DNA of 64,000 bases, taken from NCBI GenBank assembly GCA_963733035.1, contig CAVTBU010000005.1, positions 736,001 through 800,000 on the forward strand. Direction: 5' to 3'. The position numbers and the translations under genes were made by a program. Under the pieces are notes generated by a model. The model was not told the DNA's origin, made no database searches, and saw only the letters and a list, made by a program, of their open reading frames with translations. Shown piece by piece: positions 9,959 to 21,213 of the stretch. The stretch is from Pirellulales bacterium (lineage in GTDB: Bacteria; Planctomycetota; Planctomycetia; Pirellulales; PALSA-1355). Numbering within the stretch: position 1 is the stretch's first letter; each line of letters starts with the position of its first letter.

Positions 9959-11995
9959 ACGCCTGGGGAATCACGCTGTTGTGGATGGCGGTTCGTGTGG
10001 GGCTACTTTGCGGCGTGGGCGCCTGCTTATATCTCGCAACCCGTCGCCGCAATCCGGCGGCGGGTGCCTGGACAATCGCCGTGGTCATTTCTGTCGTCAT
10101 CGGCCTGTCGGCAGCCGCACTGGCACCTGTTCTGCGCGACTGGTCGATTGAATCACTGCCATGGAAATTCAGCCCAGAGCAAACGAGTGCTCCCAGAAAC
10201 GGCGAACATACTGCGGCGCCCAGCCAAGCGGAAGCGTCCGAAACGCGTCGACCGACGGCGACGACGAAATCCGATGATGCGCAGGCCAAACAGGCGGCGC
10301 TCAACTCGGCATGGCGGCAATTCCTGGCTGAATTCCGCGATCAACTCTCCACCACCGACGCAGACACCGGCTGGCGTTGGCCGGCCTGGCTCGCAGTGAT
10401 GATGCTGGCGGGAGTGGGACTTGGAGCAGCCCGTATCGGGACCGCGCTACTGGCAACCCGTCGCTATGGATCGCAGGCCAGACACATCGCGGATCCGAAA
10501 GCGTGGTCCATTCTGAACGAAATCGCATCTCAGTTGGGGCGAGACGCGCCACATCGAGCTCGCGCAGTCAGACGAACTGTGCTCGCCCTGCACCTTGGGC
10601 TGGATCAATGCAGTTGTCGTCTTGCCCGCCGACTGGAGAACGTGGGCCGAATGCGAACTGCGCTGCGTGTTGGCTCATGAAGTTGCTCATGTTGCCCGTG
10701 GCGATTTTGCGCTTGGAATTCTGGCACATTTGGGCGTCGTGCTCCACTTTTACAACCCACTTGTCTGGTGGCTCGCACGGCAACTCCGGCTGGAACAGGA
10801 AATGGCTGCGGATCTTTGCAGCGTGCAACTCGCCGGTGGACGGCAAACCTATCTCACCACGCTGGCACGGATGGCGCTGCGTCAAGGTGTTCCACCTTTG
10901 GCGGCGCGCCCGTTTCTGCCAGCACGCGGCACCTTGCTTAGGAGAGTTGAAATGCTAAACGGCGAAAAGCTACTGCCCGAGAGTTCGATGTCGTGGTCGC
11001 GGCGCGCGGCCGTAATGGTGCTCTTGATTTCGGTCGGTGGGGTGCTGGTGGGTGTTCGTGGACCGGCAGGTCGGACGCTCGCTGCCGCGCCTACCGCGAA
11101 GTCGGAAACCAAAGACGAGGCAGGCGAGCATGGTTACTTCTTGCGCGGTCGAATCGCTGAGTTGCAACACAATCTCCAGGAGATTGAGGATTTCCGCCGC
11201 AAAAACCCGCAGCGGAATTCCACTGAAACCAGCAAGATGTACCGCGAAATGAAGCGACGTCTCCTCGAAGCCGAACGGGATCTGGCCGAAGCGGAGAGCA
11301 ATTCGAATGCTTTCTGGAAAGACCTGGATCCCGCGGAACGGCGCGTCAGGGCTCGTCAGGCATTCCTGCGAAGCGAATCCGTCGAGAAGCTGCTGCAAAT
11401 GGGAATCGCTCTTTATAATTACTATGACAAGCACAAACGTTTTCCGCCGGCCGTCGTCATGGGTCCCGATGGCAAGACGCCGCACAGCTGGCGGGTGGAA
11501 TTGCTGCCGTACTTTGAGATCGTCGGCGAGGACCTCTACAAGCGCTACCACCTCGATGAGCCGTGGGACAGCGAGAACAACAAGAAGGTGCTGGCCGACG
11601 GTGCCGAACTTTTCAGTGTGCCGGCTGAAGAACCGACGGGCGATTGCGGATATTTTGTGCTTATCGGTTCGGACTCCATGTTCACTCCTGCGACGGTGGC
11701 GAGCCGCATCCGTGACGACCGCGACGGCTCGTCCAAGACCATCGGCGTGGTCGAAGCGAAACGTTCGATTCCCTGGACCAAGCCCGAAGATATTGAGTTG
11801 ACGGAGGAGGGACCGTTTCCCAAGCTCGGGGGATTCTTCGAGGGCGGATTCAACTCGCTATTTATGGACGGCTCGGTGCACTTCCTGCCCGCCGACATTG
11901 AAGAGCCCGTACTGTAGGCGCTTGTGACCAAGAACGGTCGCGAGCACTTGGAGTACGACAAAACCAGCGACCGTTTGAAGCGGGTAACAGACTAG
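9955..11995 (+). CDS. BlaR1-like M56 peptidase fused to DUF1559 domain; frameshift near 10550 and in-frame TAG at 11915
   Basis: ATGA overlap with blaI; HEVAH zinc motif, NPLVW, EMAAD; DUF1559 motifs HSWRVELLPY, EPWDS, PWTKPED, FMDGSV; homology continues past the TAG (ALVTKNGRE) to the stop at 11993-11995. Confidence 0.8.
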
Positions 11996-12017
11996 CGCAA
12001 AACGGCAGACTCGGTCG

Positions 12018-12974
12018 TCATACATCCGCCGGGGCCGGCTCCAGGCGCTCGGCTTCGCGGGCGGTGATGCGGTGTTGGCGGAGCATGCGCAGCGAGTCGA
12101 TCGAGTAGATGCCGACGGCGGTCCAGATCAGCGAGAGCGAGACGACCTTGGCGGTCGTGAGCGGTTCGCGGAACAGGAACACGGCAATCAGGAACTGGAT
12201 GGTGGGGGCCAGGTATTGCAAGAAGCCCAGGGTCGCGAAACGCAGGCGGCGGGCGGCGGCGGCGAACAGGAGCAGCGGCACGCAGGTGACGATGCCGCTG
12301 GCCATCAGCGTCAAGCACATGCTGGGGTCGCCCAGCACAAACGCGGACTTGCCGAGCAGGTGCAGGTACAGGACGAACCCGAGCGCAAGCGGCGCAAGCA
12401 ACAGCGTCTCGATGAACAAACCGAGCAGCCCGTCGGCAGCGACTTGTTTGCGAAGCAGTCCATAGAACGCGAACGAGAGCGCCAGCGAGACGGCGATCCA
12501 AGGCACACCCAAGATCGCAACGCCGAGCGCGGCAAGCGCCACGCTGGCCAGTTGCCAGCGCCGCAAATGTTCCTTGAGAATCACCACCCCGAGGACCACG
12601 TTCACCAGCGGGTTCAAGAAGTAGCCCACGCTGGCTTCCACCACCTGATTGGTCGTCACCGCATAGATATAGACGAACCAATTGAAAGCCAATAGCAGCG
12701 TACTGGTCGCCAACGTCGTGATCACTGGTCGCGAACGGAGCGCCGGTCTGACGTCGCCCCAGCGGCGCAGCACCGTAATCACCACGGCCAACAGCACGAA
12801 CGACCAAACCACTCGCTGGGCCACGACTTCCTGCGGCGCCACGCTGGCCACCAGTTTGAAATACAGCGGCACCAGCCCCCACAGACCATACGACAAAACC
12901 CCATAGATCACGCCCTGGCGCGAGTGATTGCCGGGTGAATGGTTGTCCGAGGAGGTGGTAACTTTTCGCAGCAT
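12018..12974 (-). CDS. rarD: EamA family transporter RarD
   Basis: YGLWGLVPLYFK, EASVGYFLNPL, YGLLRK, LGFLQYLAPTIQF. Confidence 0.92.
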   Translation of the reverse strand: MLRKVTTSSDNHSPGNHSRQGVIYGVLSYGLWGLVPLYFKLVASVAPQEVVAQRVVWSFVLLAVVITVLRRWGDVRPALRSRPVITTLATSTLLLAFNWFVYIYAVTTNQVVEASVGYFLNPLVNVVLGVVILKEHLRRWQLASVALAALGVAILGVPWIAVSLALSFAFYGLLRKQVAADGLLGLFIETLLLAPLALGFVLYLHLLGKSAFVLGDPSMCLTLMASGIVTCVPLLLFAAAARRLRFATLGFLQYLAPTIQFLIAVFLFREPLTTAKVVSLSLIWTAVGIYSIDSLRMLRQHRITAREAERLEPAPADV

Positions 12975-13116
12975 CGTCGAGGTCGCAGTGCGGTCGGGTC
13001 TCCCGTGCAGCTACTGACACCCAACCTACGTGCGTGGTTCACGTGGCCAGCGTCACGGTCGAGTTTTGGATTCCGTTATAGTACGCCGGCATGGCGTGCG
13101 CGAATCCGAAAAGAGA

Positions 13117-13950
13117 TTAGCGTTTTGTTTCCTCAGCCGGGGTCGATTGCTGCGCCCCACCTTTCGCGTCGTGCGCGAGCGCGGCATACTTTCTCGCCAG
13201 CTCGCTGACGGCGTCGTCGCTGTTGTCGACTTGCAGATTGAGCCAATCACCTTCGACGCCGGGTTTGCCAACCACGATGCCGGCGGCCAGGCGACCGCGA
13301 TGGTCTCCTCCGGCCTCGTCGCCGGCGACCAGCGCGGCCATCAGCCGGTCGGCCAGCGAGCCGTCGGTGGTTTCGTAGGCTTTGGCCATCTCGGTGATGA
13401 CCTGCCTGCCGGCGAGCGTGTTTCCCTGGCAGGCGTAGTAGCGACCGGCGGCGGCGCCCCACCATCGGCTGCGGTTCGGGGCGTCGACGGGGTTGAGCTG
13501 CGCGGTACTGCCGCGTCGATCGATGATCGCTAGTTGTCTGCCCCCCTCCCCTTCGTCATCGCGCGTTAGTTCGGCAAGAACCTCGCTGGGCGACTTGCCT
13601 TGCTCAAGCCACTCCAGCGCCCGGGGGCCGAACTCAGGATTGTGAAAGTGCTGCGTGCAAAAGGCTCCGACGCCGCCGCGGACGTAGGGGACGACTTCGC
13701 CGACTGCCGGATACTTGCTGGCCACGGCCGCACCGCAGACGCCGGTCTCTGGATCTGCCGCGACGATCGAGAACGTCGCTACGACGCAAGCAGATGCCGT
13801 CCTGCTTGCGGCCGGTGGCTGTTCAACCGTTTTCGCCTGGGGATCGGTGTGCCACACGCATCCGCTTACGGCCAGGGTCAACAGGAAAGAGGCCAGGCTG
13901 CCGCCCAATTGACGCAAGGTTTTTTCGGTGATCAACAGATCGCATCCCAT
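13117..13950 (-). CDS. DUF1028 (Ntn-hydrolase-like) probable lipoprotein; start uncertain
   Basis: TFSIVAADPETG, RQLAIID, CQGNTL, GGDHRG; lipobox-like VSGC. Confidence 0.8.
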   Translation of the reverse strand: MGCDLLITEKTLRQLGGSLASFLLTLAVSGCVWHTDPQAKTVEQPPAASRTASACVVATFSIVAADPETGVCGAAVASKYPAVGEVVPYVRGGVGAFCTQHFHNPEFGPRALEWLEQGKSPSEVLAELTRDDEGEGGRQLAIIDRRGSTAQLNPVDAPNRSRWWGAAAGRYYACQGNTLAGRQVITEMAKAYETTDGSLADRLMAALVAGDEAGGDHRGRLAAGIVVGKPGVEGDWLNLQVDNSDDAVSELARKYAALAHDAKGGAQQSTPAEETKR

Positions 13951-14053
13951 CAGAACAGATCCACGGACACTCCAAAGTGGGGCCACTGTCTGCTAAGGTA
14001 ATGTTTTAGCATTGGCCCAGGTAGAGCCCACAGAGAAACCAGGAAAATCGGAA

Positions 14054-17000
14054 ATGTTGCGCTCCCAATTGCTGGTGTGTTTCGTTTTGTGTGCGGCGTT
14101 TGCAACTCCCTCGTTGGCCGCCGAGAAGGAACCCGTTGGTGAACTTCCACGCGCGACAGATGGTAAGCCGCTGAATCTCGATTTCGAAAAGGGCACGCTC
14201 GAAGACTGGACCGCCTCGGGTGACGCGTTCGCCAAACAGCCAGTGCGTGGCGATACGGTCACGGCGCGTGGACGCGGCATGGCAAGCGAGCATGTCGGCA
14301 CGTTTTGGGTGGGAGGCTTTGAAATCGCGCTCAGCGACGAGCCCAAGGGAGAACTCGTCTCGGCGCCCTTCAAGGTGACGCAGCCGTGGGCCAGCTTTCG
14401 CGTCGCGGGCGGATCAAATAAATCGACTCGCGTGGAACTGGTCGACAAAACTTCCGGCAAGGTCATCTTCACACGACCCGGTGACAACACTGAAACGCTG
14501 AAGCCAATTGCCGTTGACCTGACCAAACACCAAGGCAAGGAAATCTTCATACGGCTCGTTGATAGTTCGAGCAATGGCTGGGGACACCTGAATTTCGACG
14601 ACTTCAAGCTGCACGCCACCAAGCCCGAGTTTCCCACGGCGCCAGAGGAGCAGCCGCAAGACGACTATCCCTTCGCCGGACTCTCGCCCGAAGAAGCCGC
14701 GAAGGCGATGGTTGTACCCGAGGGATTCAAGGTAACGCTGGGCGCCGGCGAGCCCGACGTGATGCAGCCGATTGCGATGGCGATCGACGATCGCGGCCGG
14801 CTATGGATTGCCGAGGCCTATACCTACCCGATCCGCGCACCCGAGGGGAAAGGCAAGGACCGCATCCTGATCTTCGAGGATGCCGACGGCGACGGTCGCT
14901 TGGAAAAGCGCAAGGTGTTCATGGAAAATCTGAACCTGGTGAGCGGCTTGGAAGTTGGCTTCGGCGGCGTGTGGATCGGCGCGGCGCCTTATCTGCTGTT
15001 CGTGCCCGACCGGAACGGCGATGACGTGCCCGATGGCGAACCCGAGGTTCTGCTCGACGGTTGGGGTTACCACGACACGCACGAAACGCTGAATGCGTTT
15101 ATCTGGGGACCCGACGGCTGGCTGTACGGCTGCCATGGGGTGTTCACCTATTCGCTGGTCGGAAAACCCGGCACGCCCAAGGAAGACCGCACGCTGCTGA
15201 ACGCCGCGATTTGGCGGTACCACCCCACGCGGCACGAGTTTGAGGTGTTCGCGCACGGAACGAGCAATCCGTGGGGTGTTGATTTCAACGACTACGGGCA
15301 GGCGTTCGCCACGGCCTGCGTCATCCCGCACTTGTATCACATCATTCAGGGAGGGCGTTACCAGCGGCAGGCTGGCCTGCATTTCAATCCGCACACTTAC
15401 GACGACATCAAGACGATCGCCCTGCATCGCCACTGGATCGGCTCGACACCCCACTCTGGCAACGACAAGTCGGACGCCGCCGGGGGCGGTCACGCGCATG
15501 CCGGCGCGATGATCTACCTGGGAGGAAGCTGGCCCGCGAAGTATCGCGACCAGATCTTCATGAACAATATCCACGGCCAGCGGCTGAATGAAGACTTGCT
15601 GCTGCCCAAGGGCTCGGGCTACGTCGGCGACCGCGCGCCGACTTCTGCCTCGCGCGTGACCGCTGGTCGCAGATCATCAACTTGCAATATGGCCCCGACG
15701 GGCAGATGTGGATGATCGATTGGTACGACGCGAACGCGTGTCACCACCGGGAGCCAGATGGTCACGACCGCTCGAACGGCCGGATCTTCAAGGTCTCGTA
15801 CAAGAATGCAAAACCGGTGACGGTCGATCTCAAGAAGCAGTCAGACGACGAACTTGTCGAAATGCAACTGAACGACAACGACTGGTATGTCCGCCACGCC
15901 CGTCGCATTTTGCAGGAGCGCGGCGGCAATCCGGCAGTGCGTTCCAAGCTAAAGGAGATCGCGGCCAACCATCCGCTCGAACGCCGCCGGCTACGCGGTT
16001 TGTGGGCACTACATTGCTGCGGCGGGTTGGACGAGCCGACCGCGCTGGCCCTGCTGGAAAACGACTACCCCCACGTGCGGGCCTGGACGTTGCAATTGTT
16101 GACGGACAAACCGGCGCGCGAGCTCTCGACAGCGGTGCTCCAGCGATTGACGGCCTTAAGCAAGGACCCGTCGCCGGTCGTGCGTCTGTATGTCAGTTCG
16201 GCGCTACAGCGATTGCCGCTCGAGAATCGCTGGAACGCGCTGGCAGGACTGCTCTCGCATTCGCGGGACGCGGGCGACCACAATCTGCCGCTGATGAACT
16301 GGTACGCGGCAGAACCGTTGGCAGAGGTCGACGCGAAGCGGGCACTAGGGCTTGCGGCCGACGGCAAAATTCCATTGGTGCTGTCGTTCATGGCGCGCCG
16401 CGTGACGAAGATCGGTACGCCCGCGGCGCTCGACGTCGTCGTGGCCGAACTGGGGCGAGCCAAGCAAACCGAGACGCAATTGCTACTGTTGGCCGCGATG
16501 GAGGAAGGTTTGCGCGGCCGTCGGCAGGTGCCGATGCCCGACAGTTGGTCGGCGCACTCCGATGCACTGGTGAACAGCACGAACGCGGACGTCAACGCGC
16601 AGGCCACGGCACTGGCACTCAAGTTTGGCGATCCGGCGGCGCTGGCGAAATTGCGCGGTGTGTTGGTCGACGAGCGCAAGCTGCTTGGCGAACGCCAGCA
16701 AGCGCTCGACGCGCTGCTGGCGCGTCGAGATCCTGAATTGGCCCCCACCCTGCAAACGCTGATCGCCGATCAAGCCTTACGACGGCCCGCCCTCCGGGGC
16801 CTGGCATCTTACGATCATACCGACACTCCAGCGGCAATCCTCGCCGTGTACAAGGACCTGAATCTGGAAGAAAAGCGGGACGCCCTTAACACGCTGGCCG
16901 CGCGGGTGCCGTATGCCTCGGCCTTGCTGTCGGCGGTCGACGAAAAGCAAATCGCGGCCACGGATCTGTCGGCTGATTTGATCCGGCAGCTACGCAACCA

Positions 17001-18087
17001 TAAGAACGAACTGCTCAACAAGAGGATCGGGGAAGTTTGGGGGACGGTGCGCGACTCGAGCGCCGAGAAAGCCAAATTGATTGCCGAGTACACGCACCTC
17101 ATCGAGCAGGAAGATCCGCCGGTTGACCCTTCCCTCGGCCGGGCCGTGTTTGCCAAGACCTGTTCGCAGTGCCACACTCTGTTTGGCACGGGCGGCAAGA
17201 TCGGGCCTGAGCTAACCGGTTCGAACCGCGCCAACCTGGAGTACATACTTTCGAACGTTCTGGATCCCAGCGCGGTGATGGCCAAGGAGTATCAACCGAG
17301 CGTGATCGTGACGACCGACGGGCGCGTGATCACCGGAATTGTCAAGCAACAGGACGAAAACTCGCTGACCGTGCAAACGGCCAACGAACTGGTGACGCTG
17401 CCTCGCAACGAGGTCGACGAAATGCAATCCAGCCCGCAGTCGATGATGCCCGACGATTTGCTCAAACAGCTCAAGCCCCATGAGGTACGTTCGCTCATAG
17501 CGTATCTTGCCGCGCCGGCTCAGGTGCCGATGTTGGCCACGCCAGACAACATCAAGAGCTTTTTCACGGGAACAGACCTATCCGGTTGGACCGGAAACGA
17601 TTCACTATGGAGGGTCGAGGACGGACAGATCGTTGGCACGTCAGCCGGCTTGAAGTCGAATGAGTTTCTTACGAACGACCTGTCATTGGGCGACTTTCGG
17701 CTTCGCTGCCAGGTGCAACTGGTCGACAATCGGGGCAACAGTGGCATCCAGTTCCGCAGCGAGGCCCTGCCGGATGGCCTGGTAAAGGGCTATCAGGCCG
17801 ATATCGGCGCCGGCTGGTGGGGCAAGTTGTACGAAGAGCACGGGCGGGCCCTGCTGTGGGAAAAGAGCGGCGAATCGCACGTCAGGCCGGGTTGGAACAC
17901 GTACGAGATCCTGGCGGTCGGCGACCGAATCGAAACTCGGATCAACGGCCACAAGTGCGTCGATCTCGTCGATGCGGCCGGGGCCAAGCGGGGGATCATC
18001 GCCTTGCAATTGCATTCCGGCGGTGCGACGGAAGTGCGGTTCAAGAACTTTGACATCGAACTCGATCCACCGCGGGACAGCAAATAG
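14054..18087 (+). CDS. PVC-type membrane-bound dehydrogenase / heme CxxCH protein with C-terminal DUF1080; frameshift near 15640
   Basis: Signal peptide; PIAMAIDDRGRLW, DTHETLN, WGPDGWLY, NPWG; HEAT-like repeats; CSQCH and IGPELTG; GNSGIQFRS, GYQAD, IALQLH. One added base restores DRAPDFCLARDRW. Confidence 0.88.
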
Positions 18088-18095
18088 CGCGATCC

Positions 18096-19783
18096 ATGTC
18101 GTCGAATCCTACCGCGTTTGCCGCGGAACAGAATCGTCTGGGACTAATCGCCGGCCAAGGCGGCCAGTTGGCAGCGGCCGTGGTACACTTTCGCAAAGCG
18201 GTGGCTGCGCAGCCCGATTTGCGCAGGCACACAACAATCTAGGCGTCACGTTGGAAATGCAGGGACAGTTGGAAGCGGCCGCGGCAGCCTACCGACAGGC
18301 CGTGACGATTCGGCCCGACTATGCCGAGGCTCATAACAACTTGGGTGTGGCGCTTGAACGACTTGGACAATTTGAGGCCGCCGTCGAGTCGTGCCGGCGG
18401 GCGATTGCACTTAAACCAAACTATATCGAGGGCTACAACGCTCTCGGCGTGGCGCTTCAGCGGCTCGGACATTTCGAGGAAGCGGTAAATTGCCTCAGGC
18501 ACGTTGTCGAGCAACGCCCCAACTTTGTCGAGGCTCAAAGTAATCTGGCGGCCGTGCTCGAAAAGTTGGGCCAGACCGATGAGGCCATCACCTTGCTCGA
18601 ACGAGCGATTGCATTGCGTCCCGACATCGTTGGTGCCCACGTGAACTTGGGTCGGGCTTACGAGCGACAGGGGCGCCTCTCGCCCGCTGAAGACTCGTTT
18701 CAACGAGCGCTGACTCTCGACCCGAAATGCACGGACGCCCAGCTCAACGTCGGCCTCCTGCAAGTTCGGCAGGGCCAGATTTCGAAGGGAGAACAGGCAT
18801 TTCGTCAGGCACTGGCCATCGACCCCAATTGCGCGGCAGCCAATTTGAACCTAGGCCTCAACCTCCTGCAGCAAGGCAGGCTTGCCGAGGGCTGGCCGTT
18901 CTACCGCTGGCGGGCACGCGTCGAAAACCAACCGACACCGTCCTTCGAGCAGCCGCAGTGGGACGGTTTTTCGCTCGCCGGGAAGACAATCCTGGTTTGC
19001 GAGGATCAGGGAGCGGGCGATAATATTCATTTCATTCGCTATGCCGCGCAACTTGAAGCACAGCAGGCGCGTGTACTAGTTCGTTGCCGCCAACAATTGA
19101 TGCGCCTCTTCGCCCGCTGTCCTGGCGTGCACCAGGTGTATTCGCTGTCCGACTCGCTGCCGCCGTTCGACGTTTACGTGCTGATGTCCGATATTCCAGG
19201 CGATTTGGGAACGACGCTGGAGAACATCCCGGCAAGGGTTCCTTACTTGTTCCCCGATGAATCACTCGTCCGCCAATGGAGCGAGCGGTGGCGCGAGGTT
19301 CGTGAGTTGAAAGTCGGCCTCGCCTGGCAAGGTGATCCAAGGAACAAGGCAGACCGCTACCGCTCGATTCCGTACGAGCACATCGCCAAGCTAAGCCAGA
19401 CGTCCGGAGTGCGGTTTTTCAGCCTGCAGTTCGGGTCTGGCCGCGAGCAGCTTCAATCGGGCGATTCGGCGATCTGCGATCTGGGCGAAGAGTTGGGGGA
19501 CTTTCACGACACAGCGGCCATTGTGAAGAACATGGATCTCGTTATTACCTGCGACTCGGCACCAGCACATCTCGCTGGAGGCCTGGGTGTACCGGTTTGG
19601 GTGGCACTGTCTTGGACCGCTGACTGGCGATGGCTACTCGAGCGGAGCGACAGTCCTTGGTATCCAACCATGCGACTCTTCCGCCAGGAGAACCTCGGCG
19701 ACTGGGGCGAAGTCTTCGAGCAAATCCGCACCGAGCTGGCAGCATGGGTACGTCGGCGAGCCGAACGCGTCTCGCAATCCTAG
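18096..19783 (+). CDS. TPR-repeat glycosyltransferase (GT9-like C-terminus); frameshift near 18218
   Basis: Repeated AHNNLG TPR units; DQGAGDNIHFIRY, VGLAWQG, DLVITCDSAPAHLAG, SPWYPTMRLFRQ. Confidence 0.85.
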
Positions 19784-19834
19784 CTTTCGAAGCGGTGCAT
19801 TCAATTGAGCCGACGGTTGAGCCGAACGGCGGCG

Positions 19835-21121
19835 CTAGATCTCGACCAGCATCCGCATCGGCTCTTCCATGACTTCCTTGATTCGCTTGAGGAACGTCAC
19901 GGCACCCTGACCGTCGACGATGCGATGATCGTAGGTGAGCGCCACGTACATCATCGGGCGAATCACGACCTGCCCTTGGTGGGCCACGGGGCGATCTTGA
20001 ATGGAATGCAGACCCAGGATGCCGCTCTGCGGAGGATTGACGATTGGCGTCGACAGCAACGATCCGTAAACACCGCCGTTCGAGATGGTGAAGGTGCCCC
20101 CTTGCAACTCTTCGAGCTGCAAGGCGTTCTTGCGAGCGCGCGTGGCCAGATCGGCGATCGTCAGCTCGATGTCGGCGAAGCTCATGCGGTCAGCGTCGCG
20201 GAGCACGGGAACGACCAGCCCTTTGCCACCACCGACGGCAATGCCGATGTCGAAATAGTTGTGGTAGACGATGCTGCTCTCGCGAATCTCCGCGTTGACG
20301 GCCGGCACCAGCTTGAGGGCATCGATGGCCGCTTTCACGAAAAACGACATGAACCCTAGCTTGATGCCATACTTCTCCTCGAATACTCCCTTGTGCTCGT
20401 TGCGCAGGGCCATGACCGACGACATGTCGATTTCGTTAAACGTGGTGAGCAGGGCCGCGGTTTGTTGGGCCTCGACCAGCCGCTGGGCTATCCGGCGGCG
20501 AATCGGGCTCATCGGCACGACTTCTTCCTCCCGACCGCCGCGCGACACTTGCACGTGCGGCTTGGCACCGCCCCGTTGGATTTCGCGTGGGCGCGGAATC
20601 TGTCGCGGTACGTCGGGACTAATCACGAGCCCCTGTTCGTCGCTTTCTTCGACGCGCCGCTGGTTCACGAGATCGTCCGAAATGTGTCGAGCGATTTGAC
20701 CGGCCGCCGGGTGCGTCTTGGCCGCAGGCTGGGGTTCGCCATGGGGTGAAATCACACGCGGTTCCGGAGTGCGTCCCGGTTCCGGCGGGCGCACGCTTTG
20801 TCGCTCAATCGAGTCGGCAGCCTGTGCCTGGGCCGCGGCCGTAGCCACCTGATCGGCGCCCGCATCGACCGACTCACCATCGGCGCCTGGCTCCATGTAG
20901 CCGATCACCTCGCCCACCTCGGCCGTCTCGCCACTGCGCTTAAGCACTTTCGAAACGCGGCCGGTAACCGGCGCGACGATTTCCACCGTTGCCTTGTCCG
21001 TCTCGATTTCAACGAGGTTCTCGTCCTTTTCGGCGACCTGACCTTCGCCCTTGAGCCACTGACCGATCTGCACTTCGGTAATCGACTCGCCGACGGTGGG
21101 CACTTTCAATTCAACGGCCAT
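19835..21121 (-). CDS. sucB: Dihydrolipoyllysine succinyltransferase, E2 of 2-oxoglutarate dehydrogenase
   Basis: Lipoyl [13 protein letters not shown]; catalytic YDHRIVDG. Confidence 0.95.
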   Translation of the reverse strand: MAVELKVPTVGESITEVQIGQWLKGEGQVAEKDENLVEIETDKATVEIVAPVTGRVSKVLKRSGETAEVGEVIGYMEPGADGESVDAGADQVATAAAQAQAADSIERQSVRPPEPGRTPEPRVISPHGEPQPAAKTHPAAGQIARHISDDLVNQRRVEESDEQGLVISPDVPRQIPRPREIQRGGAKPHVQVSRGGREEEVVPMSPIRRRIAQRLVEAQQTAALLTTFNEIDMSSVMALRNEHKGVFEEKYGIKLGFMSFFVKAAIDALKLVPAVNAEIRESSIVYHNYFDIGIAVGGGKGLVVPVLRDADRMSFADIELTIADLATRARKNALQLEELQGGTFTISNGGVYGSLLSTPIVNPPQSGILGLHSIQDRPVAHQGQVVIRPMMYVALTYDHRIVDGQGAVTFLKRIKEVMEEPMRMLVEI

Positions 21122-21213
21122 GGATGGCGACTTCCCCTGCTTCAGCAGTCTGGTTTTTTGCTCGATCGACGCACACGCGAACGTTGGGCCGCGCATCGCG
21201 CCAAATCGCCTAG

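Noticed and set aside
11915..11917. Amber recoding or pyrrolysine
   Set aside because: TAG is the normal stop of several genes here (sucB, topA, ACP, oleD); no pyl genes seen.
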